Source: Candidatus Electronema halotolerans (GTDB taxonomy: Bacteria; Desulfobacterota; Desulfobulbia; Desulfobulbales; Desulfobulbaceae). From it: a stretch of 32,000 nucleotides of DNA. Position 1 is the stretch's first letter. The number at the start of each line of letters is the position of its first letter. Below the pieces are notes generated by a model. The model saw only the letters and a list, made by a program, of their open reading frames with translations, was not told the origin of the DNA and did not search any database. Location: assembly GCA_942493095.1 (NCBI GenBank), contig OW818675.1:1230001-1262000 (forward strand). The letters are read 5' to 3'. A program made the translations under genes and the position numbers. Below are positions 17,295-25,826 of the stretch, one piece after another.

Positions 17295-17684
17295 TAACTA
17301 TAATAACTATAATAATGGTTCGATAATTTTTTTTTTGTATCGGATAGCTGCCAGACACTAACTGTTTAAAATTGTTACAACTGATCAGTTTTCAGTTGCT
17401 TTGATTAACATGTTGAAATTGCTAAATTAAAAGTTATCCACAGAACCATTGTATAAAACTTTTTTAGCAGTTTCAGGCATCGCGGCGATGCGGCGGGTGA
17501 GCTTTGTGTTGCCAGCGACTTCGTCAAGCACTGCGATTATTCCCTCTCTTTCCTGCTCCCCCACATGCCTCATCTGCCCTCACCTCGATCATACGTTTGA
17601 GATTTCCTCAACATACGTTCCACCCTGCCGCCGCACCTCATCCGCCGCCCGCCTACAGCATTTTGCAATAGCTGCCTCTTTTTC

Positions 17685-17722
17685 TTGACAATCAGACAGG
17701 TACTCCGTATGCTGCCTGATTG
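17685..17722 (+). promoter_or_regulatory. Sigma70-like promoter embedded in a large imperfect inverted repeat at the SPFH-remnant junction
   Basis: TTGACA (17685-17690), 17-nt spacer, TATGCT (17708-17713). Inverted repeat CAATCAGACAG-N12-CTGCCTGATTG at 17689-17722. Confidence 0.45.
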
Positions 17723-18027
17723 TTGCCGAAACCAAGAAGGTCAAGGCCATCATCCAAGTTGAGGAGGAACGGGAGGTGGAGAAAATTAACAGGGCCACGA
17801 AGGAGTTCTTTGCTCAGGGCGCGGCTAAAAAAATTCAGATCAGGGCCGACGCAAACCTGTATCAGCAAGAAAAAGATGCTGAAGGCATCTTGGCAGCGGC
17901 ATTGAGAAAATCTATTACATCCCCTCTGACATGAGCATCAACGCCATTGCCAAGGACTTTGAGAACGCCATCACCGTCGGCCTGCCAGAGCGGCAAGGCG
18001 GCGGCCCAGACTCAGACTCAGCCATAA
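17722..18027 (+). pseudogene. Truncated, internally deleted remnant of the 3' end of an SPFH gene
   Basis: VAETKKVKAIIQVEEEREVEKINRATKEFFAQGAAKKIQIRADANLYQQEKDAEGILA aligns with the C-terminus of the 13401-15368 gene. An internal deletion after GILA shifts the frame, after which 'GIEKIYYIPSDMSINAIAKDFENAITVGLPERQ' continues in another frame. Confidence 0.88.
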
Positions 18028-18033
18028 CTGATC

Positions 18034-19506
18034 ATGCTCCGAACTTCGCTGAACACGCCGCAGGAATTCACCATCACTTATGAGCTGGTGCCGGGTCAGG
18101 GCTGCGGCGGCAAGCGGCTGGACCGGCTCCTCGACTTCTCCCGCAAGATCAAGGAAGATGGGCGAATCAAGGCCCTGTCGATCACTGACAATCCGGGCGG
18201 CAATCCTGCCTTGGCTCCCTCAGCCATTGGCGAGGAACTGCTGCGCATAGGCATTGAGCCGCTTATCCACTTTTCATTGAAGGACAAGAACCGGAGCCAG
18301 ATATTCAGTCATATCTACCTCTATCAGCGGCTGGGCCTGCATTCGTTGCTGGTGCTGGGCGGCGACTTTCCCAAGCGCGGGTATTACGGGCAGGCCCGGC
18401 CTGTCTATGACTTGGACAGCATCCAGACCCTCCAGCTCATGCACGAAATGGAGACCGGGGTCTATCCTGAGCCGAACGGCGACAGTCCGCCGCCCCGGCT
18501 CTTCAAGGGCTGCGTGGTCTCGCCCTTTAAGCAGACCGAGGCCGAGCAGGTCTGGCAGTATGCCAAGCTCCTGCACAAGGTGCGGGCCGGTGCTGACTTC
18601 ATCATCAGTCAGCTCGGCTTTGATCTGAGCAAATTCCGCGAGCTGATGCGCTTTCTGCACCAGCACAACATCAAGCTGCCGGTACTGGCCAACATCTTTA
18701 TTCCCTCGCTGCCCGTGGCGCGGGCTATGGCCGCAGGCCGGGTGCCGGGTGTGCTGCTTGCGGAAACCTTAGTCAAGGAGATGGAAGCTGAGGAGGCAGA
18801 TGGACGGCTTGAGCAGGCCCGTCTTGACCGGGCCGCCTTCATGATTGCTTGGGCCAAGCGGTGCGGCTGTCAAGGCGTGCATCTGGGCGGCAACAAGCTG
18901 CGTTTCCGTGATGTTCAAACTGTTTTGAACAAGTTCGAGGAATTGGACCATCTGCCAGAGCTGCCAGAGACAGGGAATGATTATCCTCTGTCAAAAACGT
19001 GGTATTTTTATCAGGCAGGCGGGATTGAAGAAACACCGCTGCAACCGGGCCAACGGCAGGGCACAGTCTGGCTCTCAGCTCTCAGTCATCCCTTATTCTT
19101 TGAGCAGCGCAATCTGAGTAGCAGGCTCTTTGCCCGCTTCTGCCTCTTCTGCGCCCAGGGCAAAGGCCGCACCGCTGCCCTGACCTTGCTGGAGCGGGCA
19201 ATCAAGCGGCTGCTTTTCACCTGCCGGATGTGCGGCGATTGCACCTTGTCGCGATCCGCCTATCTTTGCCCGCAGTCAGGCTGTCCCAAACAGCTGATCA
19301 ATGGCCCCTGCGGCGGCAGCCGCTTTGGTTTCTGCGAAGTCCATCCTCAACGCCGCTGCTTCTGGGTCCGGGTTTATGAGCGGCTTGATCCTCAGACCAC
19401 ACTGGCTGATTTGGCTGCGCTGCCGCACCTGCCGCCCAAGGACTGGGCCTTGGACAAAACCTCCTCGTGGATCAACTATTTCAGAAGCAAGCCAAGTGCT
19501 GTCTGA
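18034..19506 (+). CDS. Methylenetetrahydrofolate reductase-like protein with a C-terminal Cys-rich MTHFR-C domain
   Basis: 490 aa. 'TYELVPGQGCGG...ALSITDNPGGNPAL', 'GADFIISQLGFD', and C-terminal 'CRMCGDCTLSRSAYLCPQSGCPKQLINGPCGGSRFGFCEV'. Confidence 0.88.
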   Translation: MLRTSLNTPQEFTITYELVPGQGCGGKRLDRLLDFSRKIKEDGRIKALSITDNPGGNPALAPSAIGEELLRIGIEPLIHFSLKDKNRSQIFSHIYLYQRLGLHSLLVLGGDFPKRGYYGQARPVYDLDSIQTLQLMHEMETGVYPEPNGDSPPPRLFKGCVVSPFKQTEAEQVWQYAKLLHKVRAGADFIISQLGFDLSKFRELMRFLHQHNIKLPVLANIFIPSLPVARAMAAGRVPGVLLAETLVKEMEAEEADGRLEQARLDRAAFMIAWAKRCGCQGVHLGGNKLRFRDVQTVLNKFEELDHLPELPETGNDYPLSKTWYFYQAGGIEETPLQPGQRQGTVWLSALSHPLFFEQRNLSSRLFARFCLFCAQGKGRTAALTLLERAIKRLLFTCRMCGDCTLSRSAYLCPQSGCPKQLINGPCGGSRFGFCEVHPQRRCFWVRVYERLDPQTTLADLAALPHLPPKDWALDKTSSWINYFRSKPSAV

Positions 19507-19709
19507 GTCCGGCCCAGCGGTCGCCACTTGCCATTCTTGAATGGTTAGGCGCAATTTTGTCGATTTCCCTGCCATTTTAAGCAGCCCGTTGCTTGCTGCC
19601 AAACGTCCCTGCGGCTGAATTATTTTTTATCACCATTTATTATCTCGTGTAAAATCAAGGCTTCTTGCCGCAATCGCCTAACAGCGGCAGGACTGGCTCT
19701 TGTTTTGCA

Positions 19710-19738
19710 TTGCACAAAGCAGTCGGCTGCGTTATACC
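19710..19738 (+). promoter_or_regulatory. Candidate promoter of the mod operon
   Basis: TTGCAC (19710-19715), 17-nt spacer, TATACC (19733-19738). Confidence 0.4.
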
Positions 19739-19760
19739 GTTATGTCAAAATATCATAACG
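19738..19760. promoter_or_regulatory. Candidate ModE operator
   Basis: CGTTATG-tcaaaatat-CATAACG is a perfect inverted repeat resembling the E. coli ModE box (CGTTATAT...ACATAACG). Located just downstream of the candidate -10. Confidence 0.6.
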
Positions 19761-19871
19761 CAGGCGGACAGCACACTGGATGGGCTGTTGCGGGAAAGAT
19801 GATCAGCTAACTGGCTGAGAAGCGCAGCCAGCATGCGCAGGGAATTTTGTCAGAGCTTCCAAGAGAAAACT

Positions 19872-20657
19872 ATGTCAGAACCCATTGACCTGCTCTACGA
19901 ACTCATCGGCTGGTCCGGCAGCAGTCCGACTGTCCGGCTTCTTCAGGCGTTGGAGCAAACCGGTTCAATCAACAGGGCTGCCCAATCCATAGGCATGCAA
20001 TACAGAACTGCTTGGCAGAAGATTTGTCATCTCAACAATTTGTTATCTTACCCCCTCTTGACGAGGCAAACCGGAGGCAGCGGCGGCGGCGGCTCTGTGT
20101 TCACTGAAGAAGGCAGGAAACTGCTCAACCGAATTAAATTGCTGCAACGCGAATTTAAGCAGTTTAAACAGCTGGCTGCGGACGATCCGCAGGAGGCTCT
20201 GGATATCATCAAAACACTCAGGAGAATGGAAATGAAACTCAGTGCCCGGAATGTATGGTTTGGAGTGGTGGCAGGCATTGATCATGGCGCAGTGAACAGC
20301 GTAGTTTCTGTGCAGCTCAAGGGCAATGACAACATCACTTCCATGATAACCGACAGCTCTGTAAAACGATTGGCTCTTGCGCCGGGGAAAGAAGTGATGG
20401 CGATTGTCAAAGCCTCCAATGTCATGCTTGGCTGCGACATGGATTTCACTAAAATTTCCGCCCGAAACATCCTTACTGGAACTGTCAGCAACATTGTCTC
20501 TGGTGTGGTTAATGATGAAATAACTATTGAACTGCCTGGTGGCAGCACAGTCACCTCAATCATCACCTCAGCCAGCGTCAAGAGACTGAGTATAACGGTC
20601 GGTAAAGCAGTTTCCGCAATTATCAAGGCATCGGATGTGCTGCTGGCTGTAGCCTGA
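19872..20657 (+). CDS. modE: ModE-family molybdate-responsive regulator (LysR-like wHTH plus two TOBE/Mop domains)
   Basis: From MSEPIDLLYELIGWSGSS. HTH 'LLQALEQTGSINRAAQSIGMQYRTAWQKI'. Two Mop repeats 'LSARNVWFGVVAGIDHGAVNSVVSVQLKGNDNITSMIT' and 'ISARNILTGTVSNIVSGVVNDEITIELPGGSTVTSIIT'. Confidence 0.88.
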   Translation: MSEPIDLLYELIGWSGSSPTVRLLQALEQTGSINRAAQSIGMQYRTAWQKICHLNNLLSYPLLTRQTGGSGGGGSVFTEEGRKLLNRIKLLQREFKQFKQLAADDPQEALDIIKTLRRMEMKLSARNVWFGVVAGIDHGAVNSVVSVQLKGNDNITSMITDSSVKRLALAPGKEVMAIVKASNVMLGCDMDFTKISARNILTGTVSNIVSGVVNDEITIELPGGSTVTSIITSASVKRLSITVGKAVSAIIKASDVLLAVA

Positions 20658-20678
20658 TGTAACCAAAGGAGAGAGGAG

Positions 20679-22007
20679 ATGAAGAAGAAAATGCTGTCCG
20701 CAGGAGGAATGTTGCTGCTTTTTGCCGCTGCCGTCTCTGCCGCAGAGACAGGCCGGAAAACAGAACTTGCCGTGCAAATCCGGCAGCGGCTGGAATCGCT
20801 GGAAAACTTCAACGACAAATTTTACGGCACAGAACCCAAGCTCGGTGACTCATCCGACACCTATCTGCTCAGTCGCCTGCGCGTGGGCCTGACCCATCAA
20901 TTCAACCAATATTTCGTCGGCAAGATCAGCTTGCAGGACAGCCGTGTCTTTGGCTGGGCCTTTGACGACCAGGACTGGGTGAACAGCGAGTTCAGCGGCA
21001 TGGAAAACAATCCCCAGAGCGACCCGCTGGAGCTGGGAGAAACTTGGCTGCAATACACGCAGGGCGGACTGAGTGCCAAGGCGGGCCGTCAGTCGATCAG
21101 TTATGGCAACAACCGGGTTTTCGGGCCGGGCGAGTGGAAGAATTCCGGCAAATGGGTCTGGGATGCAGTCAAGGCGAGCTATGCCTGCAACAAGAACTGG
21201 GCAGAAGTCTTTTACGGCGAAACCATGCTCCATGAGCCGGATGTCTTCAGTTTGGATCATCGGCACGGCTATGTTGGCGCAGGACTGTACGGCCATGTTC
21301 AGGCGACAGATTTTCTCGCTGTCGAGCCGATTGCCGCCAGCAAGAACAATGATGAAAGCGACGACTATGCGGAAAAGGAGCTGTATTACTACGGCGCACG
21401 GCTGCTGCTGGAGCTGGACAGCTTCACTGCGGACGGCACGTATATGCAGCAGACTGGCGACATCACAGCTGAGAATGGCGGAACGACAGACTCTGATGCC
21501 TATGGCTGGAATCTTGATCTGGAATACCGCTTTCATCCACAATGGGCAATTGGCAGCACGGTCAGTTTTGCGACTGGCGACGACAAAGACACGCCTGACA
21601 ACGAACGCTTTGATGCCGTCTATGGCGCATCAGACAAGTATTACGGCCTGATGAACTTCATGGCTTGGTCAAATATGCTTGATTACGGCCTGCTGCTCAA
21701 ATTCCAGCCCCAGAAAAAACTGCAAGTGATGGCGGAATATCACCAGTTTTATGCGGATCGGATCAATGACAAATGGAAGAGCTACAAGAGCGGCCTGCAA
21801 ACCGAAAGCGACCATTACGGCAATGAGATTGATCTGGCCGTCAAATGGAATCTCAACAAGACGTGGAAGTTTTATGCCGGGGCTGGCATTTTCATGCCCG
21901 GCGATGCGATTGAGGAGGCTGTCGCTGCTGGGCAGGATTTCATCACTGACGACACCGCTTACTCTGGTTTCTTGCAAATAACCTATTCCTTCAGCCATGT
22001 TTTGTAA
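20679..22007 (+). CDS. Outer-membrane beta-barrel protein (alginate_exp-like porin) in the mod operon
   Basis: 442 aa. Signal peptide MLSAGGMLLLFAAAVSAAETG. Beta-barrel-like strands and typical C-terminus 'GFLQITYSFSHVL'. 'LGETWLQYTQGGLSAKAGRQSISYGNNRVFG' is typical of alginate-export-like barrels. Confidence 0.75.
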   Translation: MKKKMLSAGGMLLLFAAAVSAAETGRKTELAVQIRQRLESLENFNDKFYGTEPKLGDSSDTYLLSRLRVGLTHQFNQYFVGKISLQDSRVFGWAFDDQDWVNSEFSGMENNPQSDPLELGETWLQYTQGGLSAKAGRQSISYGNNRVFGPGEWKNSGKWVWDAVKASYACNKNWAEVFYGETMLHEPDVFSLDHRHGYVGAGLYGHVQATDFLAVEPIAASKNNDESDDYAEKELYYYGARLLLELDSFTADGTYMQQTGDITAENGGTTDSDAYGWNLDLEYRFHPQWAIGSTVSFATGDDKDTPDNERFDAVYGASDKYYGLMNFMAWSNMLDYGLLLKFQPQKKLQVMAEYHQFYADRINDKWKSYKSGLQTESDHYGNEIDLAVKWNLNKTWKFYAGAGIFMPGDAIEEAVAAGQDFITDDTAYSGFLQITYSFSHVL

Positions 22008-22728
22008 AATGAAACGATCCTTTGCTGTGGCTCTTGTTTTCACTCTTCTGGCCATATCTTCTGCGCAGGCGGGCGAGCTGCGTCTGCTTTCCGCCGGAGG
22101 CTACAAGAAATCAATGCAGGCCGTCCTTGCCGCCTATAAAGAGCAGACCGGCCAGCAGGCTGAGGTGGGTTATGGCAACATGCGTCAGGTTCTTTCGCAG
22201 GCCAAGCTGACCGGCCAAGCGGCCTTGGTGATAGGTGACGAGAAGTTTCTCCGGCAGGAAAACATCTTTGCCAGTTTCCAACCAATCGGCGAGGGCAAGC
22301 TGGTGCTGGCTTGGGCGCAGGGCAGTCCGGCAATCAGCAAGCCAGAAGACCTGCTCCGGCCAGAAGTGGCCCGCATTGCCCACCCGGACAAAAGCAAGGC
22401 CATTTTTGGCAGGGCGGCAACAGAATGGCTGCGCAGCCAGCAGCTTGACCAGAAGCTGCAAGCCAAGCTGATTCAGGCGGCCACAGTGCCGCAGGTTTCC
22501 TCCTATCTGGTGGCCAAAGAAGTGGATGCCGGTTTCATCAGCATGACCGATGCCATTGGTTTGGGCGGCAAGCTCGGCGGCTACCTGCCGCTGCCTTCGG
22601 GTTATGAAAAAATTGTCATTGTCGCCGGAAGCATCAAAGGACACGAGAACGATGCGGCGGCCAAAGATTTCCTAGCCTTCCTGACCGGGCCGCAGGCACG
22701 GCGCATCTTCAAGGAGCATGGCATGTGA
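21997..22728 (+). CDS. modA: ModA-like periplasmic molybdate/tungstate-binding protein
   Basis: 243 aa. Signal peptide, then 'GELRLLSAGGYKKSMQAVLAAYKEQTGQQAEVGYGNM...FLTGPQARRIFKEHGM'. Genomic context with modB, modC, modD and modE. Confidence 0.78.
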   Translation: MFCKMKRSFAVALVFTLLAISSAQAGELRLLSAGGYKKSMQAVLAAYKEQTGQQAEVGYGNMRQVLSQAKLTGQAALVIGDEKFLRQENIFASFQPIGEGKLVLAWAQGSPAISKPEDLLRPEVARIAHPDKSKAIFGRAATEWLRSQQLDQKLQAKLIQAATVPQVSSYLVAKEVDAGFISMTDAIGLGGKLGGYLPLPSGYEKIVIVAGSIKGHENDAAAKDFLAFLTGPQARRIFKEHGM

Positions 22729-23411
22729 GCTGCGCAGACTGGACACTGGCAGGCTGCGGCCTGACACCGCTTTGGATCAGCCTGCGGGTTCTGCTGGGCA
22801 GCGCGATCCTGCTGCTTGTCGCCGGGCTGCCCTTGGCCATGCTCCTGAGCCGACCCGGCTGGCGGGGACGGATGCTGCTGGAAATCGTTGTCACTCTACC
22901 GTTGATCTTTCCGCCAGTGGCCATCGGCTTCTTCTTTCTCTTAGCCTTGGGCCGCAAAGGCTGGATCAACCGTCTGCTGCCGCCAGAGCAGACTTTGGAA
23001 ATCATTTTCTCCTTTCAAGCCCTGCTGCTCGCCAGTGTGCTGGCCGGGCTGCCTCTGATGGTCAAACCGGTGCAGGCGGCCTTGGAAAAGGAAACTCGTC
23101 CGCTGGTCGAGGCGGCCTACAGCTTGGGCAAAAACCGCTGGCAGACGTTCTGGCATGTCACCCTGCCCGGCATCAGTCGGGCCGTGGCAGCCGGACTGAC
23201 GCTCGGCTTGGGCAGGGGCATGGGCGAGGTCGGCATGAGCCTGATGCTGGGCGGCAATCTGATCGGCAAGACCGAAACCCTGTCCTTGGCCATTTACAAC
23301 GCAGTCTTGGACGGCAACTTTCACTGCGCCATGATTTATGCGTGGATTCTGGCCGGACTGGCCCTGCTGCTCTTTGCCGGGCTGCGCTGGTTCGGAGGAC
23401 GGACAGGCTGA
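22725..23411 (+). CDS. modB: Molybdate/tungstate ABC transporter permease
   Basis: 228 aa. 'LVEAAYSLGKNRWQTFWHVTLPGISRAVAAGLTLGLGRGMGEVGMSLMLGGNLIGKTETLSLAIY' EAA-loop signature. Confidence 0.9.
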   Translation: MSCADWTLAGCGLTPLWISLRVLLGSAILLLVAGLPLAMLLSRPGWRGRMLLEIVVTLPLIFPPVAIGFFFLLALGRKGWINRLLPPEQTLEIIFSFQALLLASVLAGLPLMVKPVQAALEKETRPLVEAAYSLGKNRWQTFWHVTLPGISRAVAAGLTLGLGRGMGEVGMSLMLGGNLIGKTETLSLAIYNAVLDGNFHCAMIYAWILAGLALLLFAGLRWFGGRTG

Positions 23412-23437
23412 ATTATGCTGAGGCGGCAGGCTGGTTG

Positions 23438-23466
23438 TTGACAAACTGTAGCTTGCACGCTACAAA
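23438..23466 (+). promoter_or_regulatory. Toxin-antitoxin promoter with overlapping operator-like inverted repeat
   Basis: TTGACA (23438-23443), 17-nt spacer, TACAAA (23461-23466). Inverted repeat TGTAGC-ttgcac-GCTACA at 23447-23464. Confidence 0.6.
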
Positions 23467-23472
23467 ATATTC

Positions 23473-23784
23473 ATGATCTACGCAATAGAAACCACTGGGG
23501 CATTCGATGGCTGGCTGAAAAAGCTGCGGGACCGTAAAGCCGTTCTTGCTGTTCTCAATCGTCTCGACCGAGCCAAGCTGGGTAATTTTGGCGATGTCAA
23601 ACCAGTCGGAAACGGCATCAGCGAAATGCGGATATTCGTCGGGCCGGGCTATCGTGTCTATTACGTCATCCGTGATGAACGGATAATCCTTCTGCTTTGC
23701 GGTGGCGACAAATCGACTCAAACACGGGATATAGCAAAGGCAAAAGAGATGCTGAAGCACATGGGAGAAGATCATGGCGATTGA
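23473..23784 (+). CDS. RelE/HigB-like (HI1419-type) toxin
   Basis: 103 aa. 'MIYAIETTGAFDGWLKKLRDRKAVLAVLNRLDRAKLGNFGDVKPVGNGISEMRIFVGPGYRVYYVIRDERIILLLCGGDKSTQTRDIAKAKEM'. Confidence 0.92.
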   Translation: MIYAIETTGAFDGWLKKLRDRKAVLAVLNRLDRAKLGNFGDVKPVGNGISEMRIFVGPGYRVYYVIRDERIILLLCGGDKSTQTRDIAKAKEMLKHMGEDHGD

Positions 23785-24052
23785 AATAAAAGACTACAAT
23801 CCGTTCGACTATCTGGAGACAAAAGAAGAGATCAGCGAATATCTCAACAATGCGTATCTTGACGATGATCCAAGAGTATTTCTTGTGGCACTTGGATATT
23901 TGGCAAAGAAACAGGGAATGAGCGAAGTCGCTAAAAAAGCTGGCCTGAACAGGGAAAGTTTATACAAGGCTCTTGCTGGAGATGGCAATCCGAGATTTTC
24001 CACGGTGAGCAAAGTGATCAAGGCTCTTGGTTGCAAGCTGGCAATTGCGTGA
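23774..24052 (+). CDS. Cognate HTH antitoxin (HI1420/HigA-like)
   Basis: 92 aa. 'YLETKEEISEYLNNAYLDDDPRVFLVALGYLAKKQGMSEVAKKAGLNRESLYKALAGDGNPRFSTVSKVIKALGCKL'. Overlaps the toxin gene by 11 bp. Confidence 0.92.
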   Translation: MAIEIKDYNPFDYLETKEEISEYLNNAYLDDDPRVFLVALGYLAKKQGMSEVAKKAGLNRESLYKALAGDGNPRFSTVSKVIKALGCKLAIA

Positions 24053-24075
24053 ATATTTTTCTGGAGGAAGTTGCA

Positions 24076-24921
24076 ATGATCTTTTTCACCACCCAAGAAA
24101 TCGAAGCATGGATCAACGAGGATGCGCCTTTGGTTGATCTGACCAGTCATTTGCTCAAGATCAGCGATCAGCCCGCCCGGCTGACGGTTGTCACCCGCCA
24201 CCCGACCCGCGTTGCCCTGACTGAAGAGGCCGGACGAATCTTCGAGATTCTCGGCGGCACAGTCAAAAGTATGGTTGCTTCCGGGCAAGATGCGGCGGCC
24301 AAGACCGTGATCTTGGAGGTGGAAGGGCCAGCCGCTGCCCTGCACCGGGGCTGGAAAGTTGCTATGAATCTGCTGGAATATATGTGCGGTGTGGCAGGCC
24401 GGACAGCAGAGATGGTCAAAAAGGTGGAAGCCTGCGCCAAGATTCCTCTGCTCGTGACCCGCAAGCATCAGCCGGGCCTGAAAAAGCCGCTGCTCAAAGC
24501 TGTTCTGGCAGGCGGCGCGTATGCGCACCGGCTCGGCCTGTCGGAAACGGTGCTGATCTTTGCCAATCATCTCCGGCTGCTCGGCGGCAGGGAAGCCTTG
24601 CCAGCCCTATTAGCAGAGATGAAGGCTGCGGCCTGCGAACAGAAAATCACCGTGGAATGCGATGACTTGACCCAAGCAATGCAAGCGGCTGAGGCGGGCG
24701 CGGATTCAGTTCAGTTTGACAAGGTGCCGCCGGAGCAGCTTGCGGCTTGGTGCGCGGAATTGAAGAGCCGCTTTGCTCATCTGATTATCCTGAGCGCGGG
24801 CGGAGTCGGGCCGGACAATGTGCAGGACTATGCCCGCACTGGCGTGGACGGCATTGTTCTCAGCTCGATTTTTCATGCCAAGCCCGCTGATCTTGGCGTG
24901 ACCATTGAGCCGCTGCCATGA
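24076..24921 (+). CDS. modD: ModD protein (nicotinate-nucleotide pyrophosphorylase-like)
   Basis: From MIFFTTQEIEAWINEDAPLVDLTSHLL. 'AGRTAEMVKKVEA...LLVTRKHQPGLKK' and 'LSAGGVGPDNVQDYARTGVDGIVLSSIFHAKPADLGVTIEP'. Confidence 0.88.
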   Translation: MIFFTTQEIEAWINEDAPLVDLTSHLLKISDQPARLTVVTRHPTRVALTEEAGRIFEILGGTVKSMVASGQDAAAKTVILEVEGPAAALHRGWKVAMNLLEYMCGVAGRTAEMVKKVEACAKIPLLVTRKHQPGLKKPLLKAVLAGGAYAHRLGLSETVLIFANHLRLLGGREALPALLAEMKAAACEQKITVECDDLTQAMQAAEAGADSVQFDKVPPEQLAAWCAELKSRFAHLIILSAGGVGPDNVQDYARTGVDGIVLSSIFHAKPADLGVTIEPLP

Positions 24922-25586
24922 AAGCACTCCATTTTGACCTGCGCGGCAGGCTGGCCAGCGCAGCCGGGCCACTGAACGTGCATTGGCGCAAAGAACTGGC
25001 CCCTGGCAGCACCATTGTTCTCAGCGGCGAGTCAGGCAGCGGCAAGACCACCCTGCTGCGTGCGCTCTGCGGCCTGCCCGCGCAGGTGAGCGGCACAGTG
25101 GCTTGGGGAGAGGCACTCTGGCAGACCGAGGAAAAAATCCGCGTCCCGATTCAGCGGCGGCGGCTCGGCCTGATGTTTCAGCAGTATGGCCTGTTCCCGC
25201 ACAAGACCGTGCGCCAGCAGCTTGAATTTGCCTACAAAGACCCGGAGCGAGTCGAGCTGTGCCTGCGCAAGACCGAGCTGCTCCAGTTTGCCGATGTTCT
25301 GCCCAGCCGTCTTTCCGGCGGTCAGCAGCAGAGGCTGGCCTTGGCCCGCAGTCTGATGCGGCGGCCCGACCTGCTCATTCTTGACGAGCCGGTCAGCGCA
25401 TTGGATGTGCAGTTCCGGGAAAAAATGATCAACTGGCTGGCCGAGGAACGCAGCCAGCGGCCCTTCACCCTGCTGGTGGTCAGCCATCATCCGGCGGAGT
25501 GGGATCCGCTTTGTCCGGCCCAGTGGCAGATGGCGCAGGGGGAATTGTCAGATTTGCCAGCAGAGAGGCACGACCGCAGCCATTGA
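24918..25586 (+). CDS. modC: Molybdate/tungstate ABC transporter ATP-binding protein
   Basis: 222 aa. Walker A 'LSGESGSGKTTLLRAL', signature 'LSGGQQQRLALARSLMRRPDLLILDEPVSALDVQ'. Confidence 0.88.
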   Translation: MKALHFDLRGRLASAAGPLNVHWRKELAPGSTIVLSGESGSGKTTLLRALCGLPAQVSGTVAWGEALWQTEEKIRVPIQRRRLGLMFQQYGLFPHKTVRQQLEFAYKDPERVELCLRKTELLQFADVLPSRLSGGQQQRLALARSLMRRPDLLILDEPVSALDVQFREKMINWLAEERSQRPFTLLVVSHHPAEWDPLCPAQWQMAQGELSDLPAERHDRSH

Positions 25587-25626
25587 GCTGCTGTGAATGA
25601 AATCATTCGGCAAAAGCCTGACACGT

Positions 25627-25826
25627 CTAACTCAGCATGTCCAACCGACGCTGATGCCGTCCGCCGGAGAACTCTGTTTTCACCCAAGTGCGCACGATCT
25701 CGCAGGCCAGCTCCGGGCCGATCACCCTGCCGCCGAGACAAAGCACATTGGCATTGTTGTGCTCGCGGCTCATCCGGGCCGTGAAGGCTTCGTGGCAGAG
25801 CGCAGCCCGGATTTCCCGGTTGGCGT
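25627..25826 (-). pseudogene. 3' fragment of rpiB (direct-repeat copy)
   Basis: [64 protein letters not shown] is near-identical to the C-terminus of the complete rpiB at 26839-27279. A 6-nt deletion (RY) lies near the break. Confidence 0.92.

Noticed and set aside
17449-17688. 79-aa forward ORF and the 69-aa reverse ORF 17589-17798
   Set aside because: No recognisable family, and the reverse ORF crosses the SPFH-remnant junction. Probably degraded sequence, although a short decayed reverse-strand gene cannot be excluded.
15369-18030. Insertion sequence or transposon carrying transposase between SPFH and its remnant
   Set aside because: No transposase or integrase motif was seen in any ORF here; only the duplicated gene end and a palindrome at one junction.
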